64,000 nt of DNA from an uncultured delta proteobacterium (GTDB lineage: Bacteria; Desulfobacterota; Binatia; Bin18). Each line of letters opens with the position of its first letter. Position 1 is the first letter of the stretch. Below the pieces are notes generated by a model that saw only the letters and a program-made list of their open reading frames with translations, did not search any database and was not told the origin of the DNA. Below, piece after piece: positions 1-12,574 of this stretch. Both the position numbers and the translations under genes were made by a program. Location of the stretch: positions 1 through 64,000 of the forward strand of contig CAVTCR010000074.1 in the NCBI GenBank assembly GCA_963733195.1, written 5' to 3'.

Positions 1-192
1 AAGATCAACCCGTGTTCTGAGAGATTTCCTTTCTTTTCCCTATAAGACCTGACTAAAAACGACAATTTTCTTATTTCTTGGTTTTTTTCTCCTTTCTCTA
101 CAGTAAATCACTTGACATTTTCCGTAATAATCTGTAGTGCTTGCCGCTATCCAGAGCCAACCTGTTGTCCTCCATCACAAAGTGAGGCAGGC

Positions 193-3100
193 ATGCGTGA
201 ATACCAGGCGGTCCACCGGGCAAAAAGACGAATATTCACCTTTCCCAAGAATCACCTTCTATTATTATTTACAATACTACTTCCCCTCATCCCGTTGTTG
301 CTTGATGTCCAGCTTCTGCTGCTGGGTCCACACACAACTATCCCTGCCGTCGAGGCTCACGGCAACGCCGCCCGTATCTTCACCATTGCTCCCTCCTGTG
401 CGGGACCAGGCGATACCGTACAGATTACCGGCAACGGCTTTGGTGCGCACAATGTACGGATCTATGTCGGCGGCCAAGAGACAGGCCATGGGATCATTAC
501 CGGTGGTATCCAAGCGCAAGTGGTGAGCGCCACAGGTAACCGGGCCACGTTTATTGTCCCAGCGACTGCGACCCCAGGGGTCAGTATTGTCTGGGCGGTG
601 AATCCTGGGAATCACGCGGGCTCGATCGCGTTCAGGGCGAAGCAAGGGGAGTTTGTGGCAATCAGATCGATGAGGATTGCGATGGGGTCATTGACGATGT
701 TGATGCCATGTCAGCCGATCAATCACCCTCCGGTCAGCAACGCCGGCAGTGATCAAAACCTACCCTGTGGGTACACACGTCCAATTGGATGGCACAGGGC
801 TCAAGCGATCCCGATGGTCAACCCCTAACCTTTGCCTGGACATGGTGAGCAAACCAGCCACCAGTATCGCGACCCTCAGTAATCCCAGCAGTGTGACGCC
901 CAGCTTCACCATTGATATCGCTGGTGACTACATCGTGCAGCTCGATGGTGCACGATGGCACGGCGAACAGTGCGCCAGATACAGTGACGATCAGTACGCT
1001 CAACAGCCCGCCTGTCGCCAACGCGGGGGCCGACACGGGTGGGCAGGTCGGCACGACGGTCATCCTCGACGGCAGTGGCTCCTCAGACATTGATGGCGAT
1101 GCGCTGACCTATCAGTGGAGTCTGGTGAGTAAACCGGCCACCAGTACCGCGACCCTCAGTGATCCCAGCAGTGTGACGCCCAGCTTCACCATTGATGTTT
1201 TTGGTGACTACGTCATGCAGCTCGTGGTGCACGATGGCATGGTGAACAGTGCGCCAGATACGATGACGATCAGTACGCTCAACAGTCCGCCCGTCGCCAA
1301 CGCCGGGGCCGATCAGAGTGCGTACGTCAATGAGACCCGTCACGCTCGATGGCAGTGGGTCGAGTGATGTCGACGGCAACACGCTGTCCTACAGTTGGAG
1401 TCTGGTCAGCAAACCCAGTGGCAGCACGGCGAGTCTGAGCAACGCGAGCACGCCGACGCCGAATCTGACGATTGATCGGGCCGGGACCTATGTGGCGCAG
1501 TTAGTGGTCAATGACGGGCTTACCAGTAGTCAACCGGATACAGTGACGATCAGTACGCTCAATACCAAGCCCGTGGTCAATGCGGGCCCAGATCAGAGTG
1601 GCACGGTCGGCACGGTGATTCATCTCGATGGTAGCGCGTCTAGTGATGTCGATGGTGATCCCTTGACCTATCAGTGGAATCTGCTCAGTAAACCAGCAAT
1701 CAGTACGACCACCTTGCAGAACCCGACGGCGGTCACTCCACAGTTCACGTTAGACAAAGCCGGGACGTATGTCGTACAGCTCATCGTCAACGACGGTACG
1801 GTGGAGAGTGACCCGGTCACCGTCATCGTCACCACCCTCAACTCTAAACCCGTGGCCGAGGCTGGAACCAATCAGAGTCATCCGGTCGGGACCACAGTCA
1901 CCTTGAACGGGACCGCATCGAGTGATGTCGATGGCGATCCGCTCACCTATCTGTGGAGCCTGACCAGCAAGCCCACTGGCAGTACCGCTACACTCTCCGA
2001 TCCCAGTGCCGTGCAGCCAACCTTTATCATTGACAAGCCAGGGAACTACACCGCGCAGTTGATCGTCAACGATGGCACGGTGAACAGTGACCCGGCGACG
2101 GTGACCATTAGCACGGTGAACTCCAAGCCCATTGCCAATCCTGGGCCGGATCAACATGGTGTGGTCAATGCCACGATCACACTCAACGGCAGTGGCTCCA
2201 GTGATGTTGACGGCGATCCATTGATCTATCAGTGGAGTCTGGTGAGCAAACCGGCAAATAGTACGGCGGCGTTACAGGCGTCGACAAATGTCACGACGAG
2301 TTTTGTGCTCGACAAGGCTGGCACCTACACCGTGCAACTGATTGTCAACGATGGCACGGTGGACAGTGATCCGGTGACAGTGACAATCACCACGTTGAAC
2401 TCCAAACCCATCGCCGACGCCGGACCGGATCAGGAGGATTTTACTGGGCAGACAGTCCAGCTCAATGGCAGTGGATCGAGTGATGTCGATGGCCAAACAC
2501 TGACCTACTTCTGGTCGTTCACGGCACGGCCCGAGAACAGTGCGGCCATGCTTAGTGGTGAGACGTTGGAGAATCCGACCTTTGCGCCCGATCTGCCGGG
2601 CACATATGTCGTGCAACTCATTGTCAACGATGGGCAGCTTGATAGTGATCCCGACACGGTGACGATCACGGTGAGTCCGGGGTCGACAGGGAACCAATTC
2701 CCTGTCGCCGACGCCGGATCAGATCAGACGGCACAAGTAGGTCAAACGGTTTTCCTCGATGGTAGTAACTCCAGCGATCCGGACGGAGATTCCCTCATCT
2801 ATCAATGGATGCTGACAGACATTCCCTCAGGAAGCGCAGCGGACCTGACAGACGCAACCACTGCAACTCCAACCTTTGTTGCTGATGTTGCTGGATTGTA
2901 CGTTGCACAGCTCACGATAAGTGACGGACGCGGCGGTAGCACTACAGCGAGCGTTACTGTGACTGTGACTCTGGGCAATCGACCGCCGACTGTGAGTATC
3001 GCTGCTACCGCTACTTCGGGGACAGTCCCCCTCAGCGTCACCCTAACAGCCACAGCAAGTGATCCTGACCAAGATCCGCTTATCTACACCTGGGACTTTG

Positions 3101-6100
3101 GCGATGGGACGACCACCAGCGGAGACGCAATCCAAGTCCACACCTATACGGTGGCCCGACGCTACGCCGCAACGGTGACGGTTTCAGATGGACAAGAGGT
3201 GGTCACCGCGCAATTGGACGTGATGGTCACGCCAACCCCTGATCCCCGCAGCCGTGTGAGTGGACGCACCATTGATCCTGCCGGCAACCTCGTGGTTGGC
3301 GCACGGGTGACGTGTGCGTCTGGCTCTGAGATCACTACTAATGATGGTACTTTCTCTATTGCCGGTCTCTCGACACGCTGCGGCACTGTGCAATGTACCG
3401 CGACGTTCATCACCACAGGGGGGAATACGATCACAGGAACATCGCTGAGTGTTCCGCCTGTCGTCGGCGGAATGACAAACGTCGGTGATATTGTTCTTCG
3501 TGACAGGACAGCACTCCACTACCCAGGGCTTCGCCTGCCGGTGGGAGTCTATCCCCAATCTATTGCCGTTGCTGACTTAAATGGGGATGGAAACCTTGAT
3601 CTGGCCGTACCGAATCTCGGCTCGCTCATCCCAACTGAGGACGAGGATGCGACGAGAGGAGTCTCACTCCTGTTCGGCAACGCTGATGGCACGTTTCAAC
3701 CTGAGCAACGTTTGGATGTTGGCGGCGAAGCGCACGGAGTTACGACCGCAGATATTAATCAGGACGGTGTAAGTGATCTGCTGGTCACGCGGGTACGATA
3801 TCGTAGAACGGGAAACGAGCTCCTCGTTAACCCCGCTGAGGTCGCAGTGTTTTATGGTTACGGTAATGGCACCTTCCAGCCCCCTATTGCATCCGAAGTG
3901 TATCGTATGGGTCCGCTCGCAGTTGCAGATCTGAACGGTGATGGAAAATCTGACCTCGCAGTCGGACATGGCCGCTCTATTGGCCAGGCCAGCTTCAATC
4001 TTGGCAACGGGGACGGATCCTTCCAGCCGTGGCAGTTTTTCTTTTCTCCTTTGAATGATGATAGAAATGCAGAGGCGGTTGCCATTGCGGACGTCAATGG
4101 GGATCAGATTCTTGACGTGCTGACAGCAGGTAGCCAGCCTGAGGGAGTTGATGTCTACCTCGGCAATGGTAACGGCACCTTTCGTGCCCCGCTGTTGTTA
4201 CCTGTGCACTTTGCTCCCCGGGCGATGATAGTTCAGGACCTGAACGGCGATGGCATTCTCGACATCGCAACTGCCAATATCAGCCCAGATGCGGTCTCTG
4301 TGCTTCTCGGGATTGGCAATGGTACCTTCCAGGCTGAGCGCCAGTTTCCTGTGGGGCGGACACCGCACTCGTTGGCAGCGGCGGATCTCAATCATGATGG
4401 CATCCCAGATCTCGTCGTCGGCAACGAGATCACCTTCTCTCGGGAGTACGTTGCAGGTGAACAGGGAGGCAATACGGATACCGTGTCCGTGCTCTTCGGA
4501 AACGGCGACGGCAGCTTTCAGTCGCGGACGACCTTCACGATTGGTGACGGGCCGCATGCGCTGGCAATTGCGGATTTCGATAAGGATAACAACCCTGACA
4601 TCGTGGCGGTGAATTTTATCTCTGATAATGTTTCCGTACTGTTTGGTAAGGGAGACGGCACGTTTGCGACGCAAAAGCGTGTGCCAACGGGCAATGCCCC
4701 TTCATCAGTCGTGGTAGGAGACTTTAACGGAGACCGTATTCCCGATGCGATCACAAGTAACTCCTTCTTGAACGACTCCTCGATCTTACTGGGGAATGGG
4801 GACGGCAGCTTTCGCGCACCAGTATCTTTTCCTTCTGGGCCGCTGCCAGGGGCCGTGGTGGCCGATGTCACCGGGGACCAGGTCCTCGACCTCGTTGCAC
4901 TGGACGGGGGTGCCCAGAGTGTTGCTGTCCTGCGTGGGAACGGCGATGGCACCTTCCAAGGGCGATCGTTATTCCCGGTCGGGAGCTTTCCAGGTATGGT
5001 CTCCGTGGGTGACATCAATGCGGATGGGAGTCCGGATCTGGTCACAGCGAACGCCGGTGGAGGTGGGCTCTATCATCTCTCACTGTTGGTGGCAGACGGA
5101 GACGGAGGATTCCAAGCCCCCGTACCCATTACTCTGGGAGCCGATCTGGACTTTAGCGAAGGGGGCGGTCCGCGGTGGGTGACCGTCGCCGACCTCAACC
5201 ATGACTGTAAGATGGATTTGGCTGTGCTGACCAGCAGTTCGCCCGATGTCTTCATCCTCCTTGGCAATGGCGACGCGACGTTCGCTGCGCCCCAACGCTT
5301 CTCCACCGAAGACTTTCCGCAATTCCTCGCGATTGCCGATGTCAATACCGATGGTGTCCTCGACCTGGTGACCAGCAACGGGAACTCGCGTGATACGTCG
5401 ATCTTACTGGGCAACGGGGACGGCACCTTCCAGACAGCACAACGAACAGCAGGCACTGGAGGGCGACTGTCTGTCGCCGACCTCAACGGTGACGGCTTTG
5501 TGGACCTGGCGTTTACCGACGAGTTCGGCGATGGGGTGATGGTGCGGTTTGGCAATGGCGATGGTACGTTTCAAGTTCCTCTACGCTACCACGCCGGCAA
5601 AGCACCCGTAGATATCGCAGTTGCGGACCTCAATCGCGACGGACTGCTGGATCTCACGGTGGCCAATGTGCAGTCTGACGATCTCTCGATCCTGCTTGCG
5701 CAAGCCAAAGATACGGCAGCGCCGCCAGTTGACACCTCACCTCCCCCGCCACCGGACTTGAGTAAGATCACCGTGAGTGGGGTCACCAATGGGCAAGTGA
5801 CTATCACCGGGACCCAAGGCAGTGTGGAAGCAAGCGCGCAGGTGAAGGTCGTCAACGTCACCACTGGTGCGATGGCAACAGTCACTGCCAATATCGATGG
5901 AAGCTTTACCATTCTGTTGACTGCGCAAGAAGGCAATAGCCTGGCGATTACCGTGACTGATGCAGCGGGCAATGTCAGCCCAGTGCGGAGTACTCAGGTT
6001 GGGGCTGCGGTTCAAGTTGCGATTACTTATCCGGCGCAGGGAGCGATCATTGATCAGAACGAAACGGTGGTCCGGGGCACGGTGCAGGGACCGTTCAATA

Positions 6101-6842
6101 CCGGGGTTACCGTGAACGGCGTTGTCGCCTTGGTGCATAATGGCAGTTTCGTGGCCGAGCACGTGCAAGTGGGCTTTGATGACCCGGTGGTTATTACCGC
6201 CGTAGCCACGACGCTGAGCGGGCAGACAGCACAGGCGGCGGTGACGATCCACGACGGGAGCCATTCTCCCGTCGTACTCGCAGTGAAGGTCTCCCCAAAC
6301 AGTGGCGTTGCTCCACTGGCAGTGACATTCGAGGCACAGTTTGGTTCAACAGTACCAATCCAAAGTTTGAGCATGGATTTTGACGGCAATGGAACATTTG
6401 ACTTTACTACGACCGATCCTACCGCACCATTACAACACACCTACACCACACCAGGGTTGTACACCGCTCGCCTACGCGTCACTGATCAACAAGGAGGGAT
6501 GTTCACGCTGAAGCGGCGGTCGCAGTGCAGGACGTGACAGCAATGGATACCATGTTCAAGAGTATGTGGAGCAATATGAACGCAGCGTTGGTAGCTGGGG
6601 ACATTCCCACGGCACTGACGTTTCTTGATGCGGCCGCGCAACGCAAATACGAGCCGGTGTGGCAAGTCTTACTACCGCATATGGCAGAGATTGTCGCATC
6701 GTACTCACCGCTACGGGGAGTGGAGATCGGACAAAACGTCGCTGAGTACGGCGTCAATCGCACGATCAATGGAGAGAACCGCTTGTTCCTGATTTATTTC
6801 CTCAAGGATAAGACTGGCGTGTGGCGACTGGCCGCGCTGTAA
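193..6842 (+). CDS. Giant secreted/surface protein: TM/signal, IPT/TIG, Cys/Asp metal-binding motif, 8 PKD/REJ-like repeats, PKD, 14 FG-GAP repeats, Ig-like, PKD, conserved C-terminal alpha/beta domain (frameshifted in assembly)
   Basis: ORFs 112-828, 749-1093, 912-1367, 1318-6537 and 6525-6842 join by small indels. Repeated N.xP.AxAG.DQ...LDGSxSSDxDGDxLTY.W units, YTWDFGDG, and 14 DxNxDG..D motifs. Confidence 0.85.
721..2970 (+). repeat. Eight tandem ~279-bp PKD/REJ-like coding repeats
   Basis: Unit starts at about 721, 1002, 1281, 1561, 1840, 2119, 2398 and 2692; units 1 and 2 are near-identical at DNA level. Confidence 0.85.
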
Positions 6843-6858
6843 GGAGAAGGGGGCAAGG

Positions 6859-7586
6859 ATGGACTCAGAGAAGTGGCAAAAGATACGTCGCGTACTGAAA
6901 GGCTTTGGGTTGTTCCTCGTCGTGTGGACCTTGGTCGCATGGTGTTCCCCCTGCTCCCCTCGCCCTGGCCGCCCTTCTACTGGGCCCTTCCCGTGCACGG
7001 CCAAGTGGTCGATGCCGAGACTAACACGCCGCTCGCGGGAGTGATTGTGGCCGCGCATTGGGAACTGCGCACTGAGGGGTGGAGCCCTCGGACTACGGGA
7101 CAAGCAGCAGTCATGGAAGATGTGACAGACATCACGGGGCGCTTTACGTTTCGCTGGTGGCGGCCCCGACTACGGTGGCCGTGGCAAGGGCTACTTAGAA
7201 TCAGACGCCCCAGGGCTATTGTTTTTCAAGAGTGGCTATAAGACGCGAGTTCTGTCACAACTCATTTGCGCCGCCCAGTTTTAATCTCTTCCCCAGTTCC
7301 AACTGCGACGGAAAGATCATCAACTGACGAAGTTTCAGGGCACCACCGCAGAGTATGCAGAGAAAGTTCGCGACTTTGACATAACTGAGTTTGCTTTCAG
7401 CGTCACGCACGAGTGTTCGGTGGAAGAAAATCCCCCGCATGCTGGTGGCGATGCATCAAGAAGGGACTGCTTTTCGAGGACAAAGGCATCGCTTCTAGTG
7501 GATTCACTCATATCGAGAGCAGACTGAGCAAATCGAAGTCTGGTGCGGATCAGTCACGAGAATATTTACAGAGCTATCTACAATGA
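6859..7586 (+). CDS. Membrane-anchored protein with carboxypeptidase-regulatory-like (beta-sandwich) domain, frameshifted
   Basis: RBS AAGGAG; N-terminal hydrophobic segment; HGQVVDAETNTPLAGVIVAAHW...TDITGRFTF; stop TGA overlaps the next ATG (ATGA at 7583-7586). Confidence 0.65.
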
Positions 7587-10500
7587 AACGAATCTTTCTT
7601 GTTCGTCTGTTCTTTGCGCTTCGTACTTGTATCGTCCAATCGGAGCAACTTTCGCGTATGAGGTTCTACACTCACGAGGACATATCAAGAAGGCTCTTGA
7701 AGCCTCAGTATTAACATAGACACATCAGTACTCTTAGTCTTGGGTTGAAGCCCTTGGCTCAGACGATCAAGTCTTTCCGGAATTTCTCACGTCCACTCAG
7801 GAAATTTGGACTGTCAGTGAACTCATCAAGCTACGGCGCAGAGCAAGAAGACAATCTCCCTGGCTCGCGGTTTCTGCACCATTTCTACAACCCGGTGAAC
7901 GGTGATCCGTTGACCGATATTACTGGGAACGGCCTCTTTGCAACAACGCTACGGTTTGGAAACCCCACGCTGCCATTGGAGACCTCGCCGGATTGGGCGC
8001 TCCAAGACGGCACAGTGCGATCAGTCGGACAAGATTTCTCTTTTAACGATGCCCGGCGATATTTCTTTGAAGCTCTGAGTGGAACCGGATTCTTAGGTGC
8101 GCGTGCAGTGGGGCGCGCCGAAAGGTTCGGCCTTATGTTTCAGAGCTTAGGCCATGTCATTCATCACATTCAGGATATGGCTCAGCCCCAACATGTGAAG
8201 AATGAAGCGCATCCCACCGTAAAGTTCCAGCCACTAATGAGGTGTTCTATGCTCCTGGTGGTTTGTACGAGCATTATACGGATGAAGAGCCAGTGCGCGA
8301 AGCTTTGCCGTTTGCGGGCTACGAACCAGTCTTTTCTCTAGGGGCTGGGAAGGATCACACGACATTTAATACTGCACGGAAGTTTTGGGTGACGAACGAG
8401 ACCGGGCCAAATCAGGGAAATGGCCTTGGCCTGGCCGAGTTTACCAACCGGAATTTCGTGACCTACGGGCACAATTTCACCGGGTCGCTCGAACACATCG
8501 AACCGGACCCGACTTTCCCCAATCCGAATGCGGCAGGAGCCACCATCACTGTCATCAATGCTCCACTCCTGCCGAACATCGCTCCAGAACTCGGACCGCT
8601 CAATGGCAAGATGTACTTCATCGGTACGCCAGTAATCGACAACTACCGGAGTGGAGAATCGGGATTCAATAATCTAGCGAGTACCTATTCCATTTACGAT
8701 GATGATCTCAAGAACTTTCACCTTCACATCAGATGCTTTCCTAATGCTGCAGGCGGATTTCCAGTAGATTGTAACCAAGAGGCAGTATTTAGTGTCAACC
8801 GTTTCACTATGGGCGCGGCGCATCAGTTCCTCATTAAACGCGCAGTGGGTTATAGCGCTGGACTGATTAATTATTTCTTTCGTGGAGTGGGCAAGATCGA
8901 CCTGGTACCGAACCCGCAAGACCCCAGTGGGTACGTGATTGAGAATAACAGCGAAGAAACCATGACAGGAACGTTCTATCTCTACTACGATGACCAGGAA
9001 GATACCCGCTGGCTCCATCAGACGTGGCCAGCCACTGGAGGAATTGATGCCCACGGGAAAAAAGCAGTCCCAGGCTTCGCTCCGCCGACTGATCCCAATC
9101 GTCTTCCGAAGACCCCTGGTCAATATCTTTTGGTCTTCAAAGGTCAAATGGGATTCGAGGGGGAGAATCCTTCTATTCCCAACGCAAACTTCGCTGTCGC
9201 GGCGAACTGGTGAACCTTGGCGCCGGCGGCCTTATTGTGACTTCCGGGGGAGATGCACGCGGGTTTGCCGTGCCGGGAACGGTGGCGCAGTGACGATTGA
9301 AACTGGTGCGAGTCTGACAACGGCACCACCGGCAGCGCAAGCCCTGAACATCAATGCGGCGGATACCCTGACCCTAAGCAGTAGAATCGTCCACTACTCA
9401 CCATCACCGTTAAAGGCACGTTGGAACTTTCAGGGGACGTCACTCTCAGTTCAGATGGCCCGGTGGTGGTTTCTGGCATCATTGAGACGCGCAGCACAAC
9501 CAATCCCCAAGATGGGGCGAATCTGACCATCGAGGCTGCGGGCCCGATTATTGTGAGTGGCCGGATCGATACGTCCGGACACAATGCCGACCTCGTGGGG
9601 CAAGGGGATCAGGAGGGGGGTCATGGAGGGAATGTCACCATTCGCACGACTTCAACCAATACGTTTGTCGTGCCGACTATCATCACGCGCGGTGGCGATG
9701 CAGCGTTTATCTATCCGCGTGATCCTGCGCAACAGAACTGGACTGGTGGACACGGTGGCGATATCACTATTACGACACAGGGAACGACCCCTGGCGTCGC
9801 ACTCCAGTTCGGCGGGGAACGGTTGCTCGATAGTGCGGTTGACCCGCTACCACAGCAACAAGGAGTTCATGAATTACCGACACGGACGACCTTTCATCGT
9901 GGGTTGTTGACCACTGGTGGTTACGGTGGCCAATTTGGCGGACTAGATGGCATCAACGAAGCCGGAGCACCAGGTGGCAATGGCGGGAAGCATTACGGTT
10001 ACCTGTCAGCAACCCGCCCAAGTGCAGTTTGCGGAAACTGATCTCTTTACTGGTGGGAATATCGACGTTCTGCTCAAATACGAAACTGTAGTAGTCTTCG
10101 CGAAAGGCGAACGGCCTCGGTTTCCGATTCTCGTCCAACGCACGGGTTCCATGGGCGGGAGAGGCTCCTACGGCGGGACAGTTATCAATGGTGGCGACGG
10201 TGGTCCTGGCGGAGCGGCTGGGGCGATCAATATGAGTTCTACCTGTACATTGACACCTGCGCCCGCCACGTTCACTGACCCACCCCACTCAGCACCGCTT
10301 TTTGACGGTGTCGATCCACGCGGAGGCATCTCCAGCAGACTGCCAATAATAGAGGCGTTTGATACCGCTGGCGCGCGACTCTATACCCTGCAAGCGTTTG
10401 GCGGTGGTGGTGGAATTCCGGGCGGAAGTGCATTCACATTAGCACGTTGCTCATCAGATGATTCGGCTTGTTCGGTAGAGGATGGGGCAAACGCATGTCC

Positions 10501-10660
10501 GCTACTGCCAAACGGCTCGACCCAACTCTGTATACCCGTTCCGGGTATCGAGCCGAGTCCTGGTAATTATGGTCCACGTGGCGCTGACGGACCGGTCTCG
10601 TGCCTCACGTTAGGGTTGACGCCACCGACGCCGCCAGAGGAGGGGCTCATCTGCCAGTGA
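7583..10660 (+). CDS. Secreted zinc-dependent phospholipase C/P1-nuclease-like protein with Gly-rich and Cys-rich C-terminal extension (frameshifted)
   Basis: Signal-like start MKRIFL; mature start approximately AYEV..HED; RFLHHFYNP; GHVIHHIQDMAQPQH; GLAEFTNRNF; RAVGYSAGLINYFFRG. ORFs 7745-8341, 8242-9213, 9421-10041 and 9947-10660 overlap; the join across 9210-9420 is uncertain. Confidence 0.6.
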
Positions 10661-10663
10661 GGA
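10315..10663 (+). repeat. Direct repeat copy 1 (3' end of PLC-like gene)
   Basis: Aligns without gaps to 15850-16198; about 37 mismatches by manual count. Confidence 0.95.
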
Positions 10664-10953
10664 CGACGCGCTTGACCGTGCACGTGTCGACTACCACCCA
10701 GCGGCAACGAGCGATGGCTTCTTCTTTGCCTTTGCCATTGCTCTGGGCGATTACAAACCATAATTGCCAGGACTGCACCAGAGCCCAGAAGCCAAGAGTG
10801 CTTCGTCACGGAGCCTGCCTGAGTGCTTCGTCAGGCTCAGGATCAACTCCGTGTAGTTAAGTCTTACTGTCCCTCTGGTACCTCACGACTAGCCCCACAT
10901 TGAAAGTGTTGGCAGACAACCTTCATAGGACTGTAGCTCCTTTTGTGCCTACC

Positions 10954-11050
10954 GAGGCTGTAGAAAAAGTCTCTTTTGAAAAATTGACCCTTGCAAACCA
11001 AAAATTTGCTGACACGAAAATTCAAAATTCTGGGGTTTTCCTACAGCCTC
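10954..11050. mobile_element. 97-bp MITE-like element with terminal inverted repeats
   Basis: GAGGCTGTAGAAAAA ... TTTTCCTACAGCCTC (14/15 inverted match); AT-rich non-coding interior. Confidence 0.7.
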
Positions 11051-11146
11051 AACGCGCACCGTCACGGGCCGCCGCCCACACCGTAGCCGTTCGCGTTCGG
11101 CAGAAACCGCAAACGGGCGGCAGTCACGTGGACGAGATTGTTAAGT
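11047..11146 (-). other. attC-like site A
   Basis: Minus strand: R'' ACTTAAC ... CACGTGACTGCCGCCC / GGGCGGCGGCCCGTG ... GTT; lies 21 bp after the methyltransferase stop. Confidence 0.65.
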
Positions 11147-11167
11147 GCTACGCGTAACACCGCGCTG

Positions 11168-12019
11168 TTAAGCCCGACCAGCCCCGATCAGCATCTCGGC
11201 GTTCATCACCAACTGCCCATTGGACTCGAATTCTGCCAGCCGTGTCTGCACCTCCTCCCTTACCACCCGTCGACTTGATTCGGGCAGCGCCCGATACGCC
11301 TGCGGTATCTGTCCCGTCCCGGCTTCGATAGGGGCCCAGTAGTCATCGAACGACTCGATGACCCCTTGGCGTGTCTCTCGCTTCACCCGGACGTCGCGAA
11401 AGCCTGCTATCTTGAACAGGTGTTCGAGCCGCTCAGTATCGGCCAACGCGAAACCGAGATGGAGGGCGTCGCGTTGATCGGGAAGATGGTGGCTGAGCGT
11501 GTCAGCGAGTACGCCCCACATCGGTGCCCGGTCTGGGGTAGAGATGACACACACTGCGGTACACCCGCCCGCACGAAGGACGCGTCGGAACTCCGTGAGA
11601 CCCCGCGCGGGATCTGGGAAGAACTGCAAACCGAGCTGGCACACGACAGCATCAAAGCTGCCATCTCTGAACGCCAGCGCTTGGCCGTCCGTGGCCACGG
11701 GCTGAAACGCTTCCTCGCCAAGCCGGGTGCGTGCTGCCGTGAGCATCGCCGGCGAGATGTCAGCGCCAATTACGTGTCCCGCCGGTTTGACGACAGTCAG
11801 CGCTGCCAACGCGGCCTCGCCTGGTCCGGTGGCGACATCGAGCACGCGGTCTCCGCCAGCTACCTCAGCCGCAGCCAACACCGCTGGCACGAACAGCCGC
11901 GACCAACGACCGATGTACTGATAGTACGCGGAGTCGTCGACGGACCGTCCGGCTGCGGCGTGAAGTCCCGATCCGAAGTTCACGCCCGTTGGTCCCTCAC
12001 GGTTTTCTGGTGTATCCAT
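11168..12019 (-). CDS. Class I SAM-dependent methyltransferase (UbiE-like)
   Basis: VLDVATGPG motif I; FDAVVCQLGLQFFPD. Confidence 0.9.
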   Translation of the reverse strand: MDTPENREGPTGVNFGSGLHAAAGRSVDDSAYYQYIGRWSRLFVPAVLAAAEVAGGDRVLDVATGPGEAALAALTVVKPAGHVIGADISPAMLTAARTRLGEEAFQPVATDGQALAFRDGSFDAVVCQLGLQFFPDPARGLTEFRRVLRAGGCTAVCVISTPDRAPMWGVLADTLSHHLPDQRDALHLGFALADTERLEHLFKIAGFRDVRVKRETRQGVIESFDDYWAPIEAGTGQIPQAYRALPESSRRVVREEVQTRLAEFESNGQLVMNAEMLIGAGRA

Positions 12020-12128
12020 AAGTCCCTCCGCGCCGTGTGCCTAAAAAAATACCGTGTCCATTCCCATCACGGATATTAGGCAGTTCTCATTACAAAGATA
12101 CCACCTGATCTTCCTGTCTACTGTGAGC

Positions 12129-12228
12129 ACCTAACGCCCAGCGATCACCGCGAGCCGCCCAGACGCGACCTTTTGGCTTCAGCAGCATCCGCAACCAGGC
12201 AGCGATACGGTGGCGCGCCAGATTAGCC
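12129..12228 (-). other. attC-like site B
   Basis: Minus strand: GGCTAAT...CCACCG / CGGTGA...GTTAGGT; 100 bp; 30 bp after the higA stop. Confidence 0.55.
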
Positions 12229-12258
12229 CTGTCTTCAGCATGTGGCCGTACTGAACAC

Positions 12259-12561
12259 TCAGGCGACTGCCTTGAACGGCTGCACTTCGCGGGCCACCCG
12301 TTCGCCGAGCTCATCTTCCGTCACATCCATGTCGTACCGACTTTGCAGATTCAGCCAGTAACGAGGGCTTTGTCCAAAATAGCGCCCCAAGCGTAAAGCT
12401 AGCTCTGCGGTGACTGGGCGTTTCCCATGGACGATATGGCTAATGCGCATCGCTGGCACTGCGATATCGTGAGCCAATCGGTATTGCGACAGTCCCAGCT
12501 CGGCCAAGAGTTCCTTGAGATATTCGCCCGGATGGACGGGGGTAATGCGCGTCTTAGACAT
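12259..12561 (-). CDS. higA: HigA-family antitoxin (HTH)
   Basis: PVHPGEYL...LSQYRLA...AELALRLGRYFG.SPRYWLNLQSRYD. Confidence 0.92.
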   Translation of the reverse strand: MSKTRITPVHPGEYLKELLAELGLSQYRLAHDIAVPAMRISHIVHGKRPVTAELALRLGRYFGQSPRYWLNLQSRYDMDVTEDELGERVAREVQPFKAVA

Positions 12562-12574
12562 AGGTTCTCCTTAA

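Noticed and set aside
721-2970. Regular repeats as a CRISPR array
   Set aside because: They are ~279-bp in-frame coding domain repeats with no repeat-spacer structure, and no cas genes are present.
3540-5700. FG-GAP region as an RHS/Tc toxin
   Set aside because: No YD repeats or RHS core signature; it is followed by Ig/PKD domains instead.
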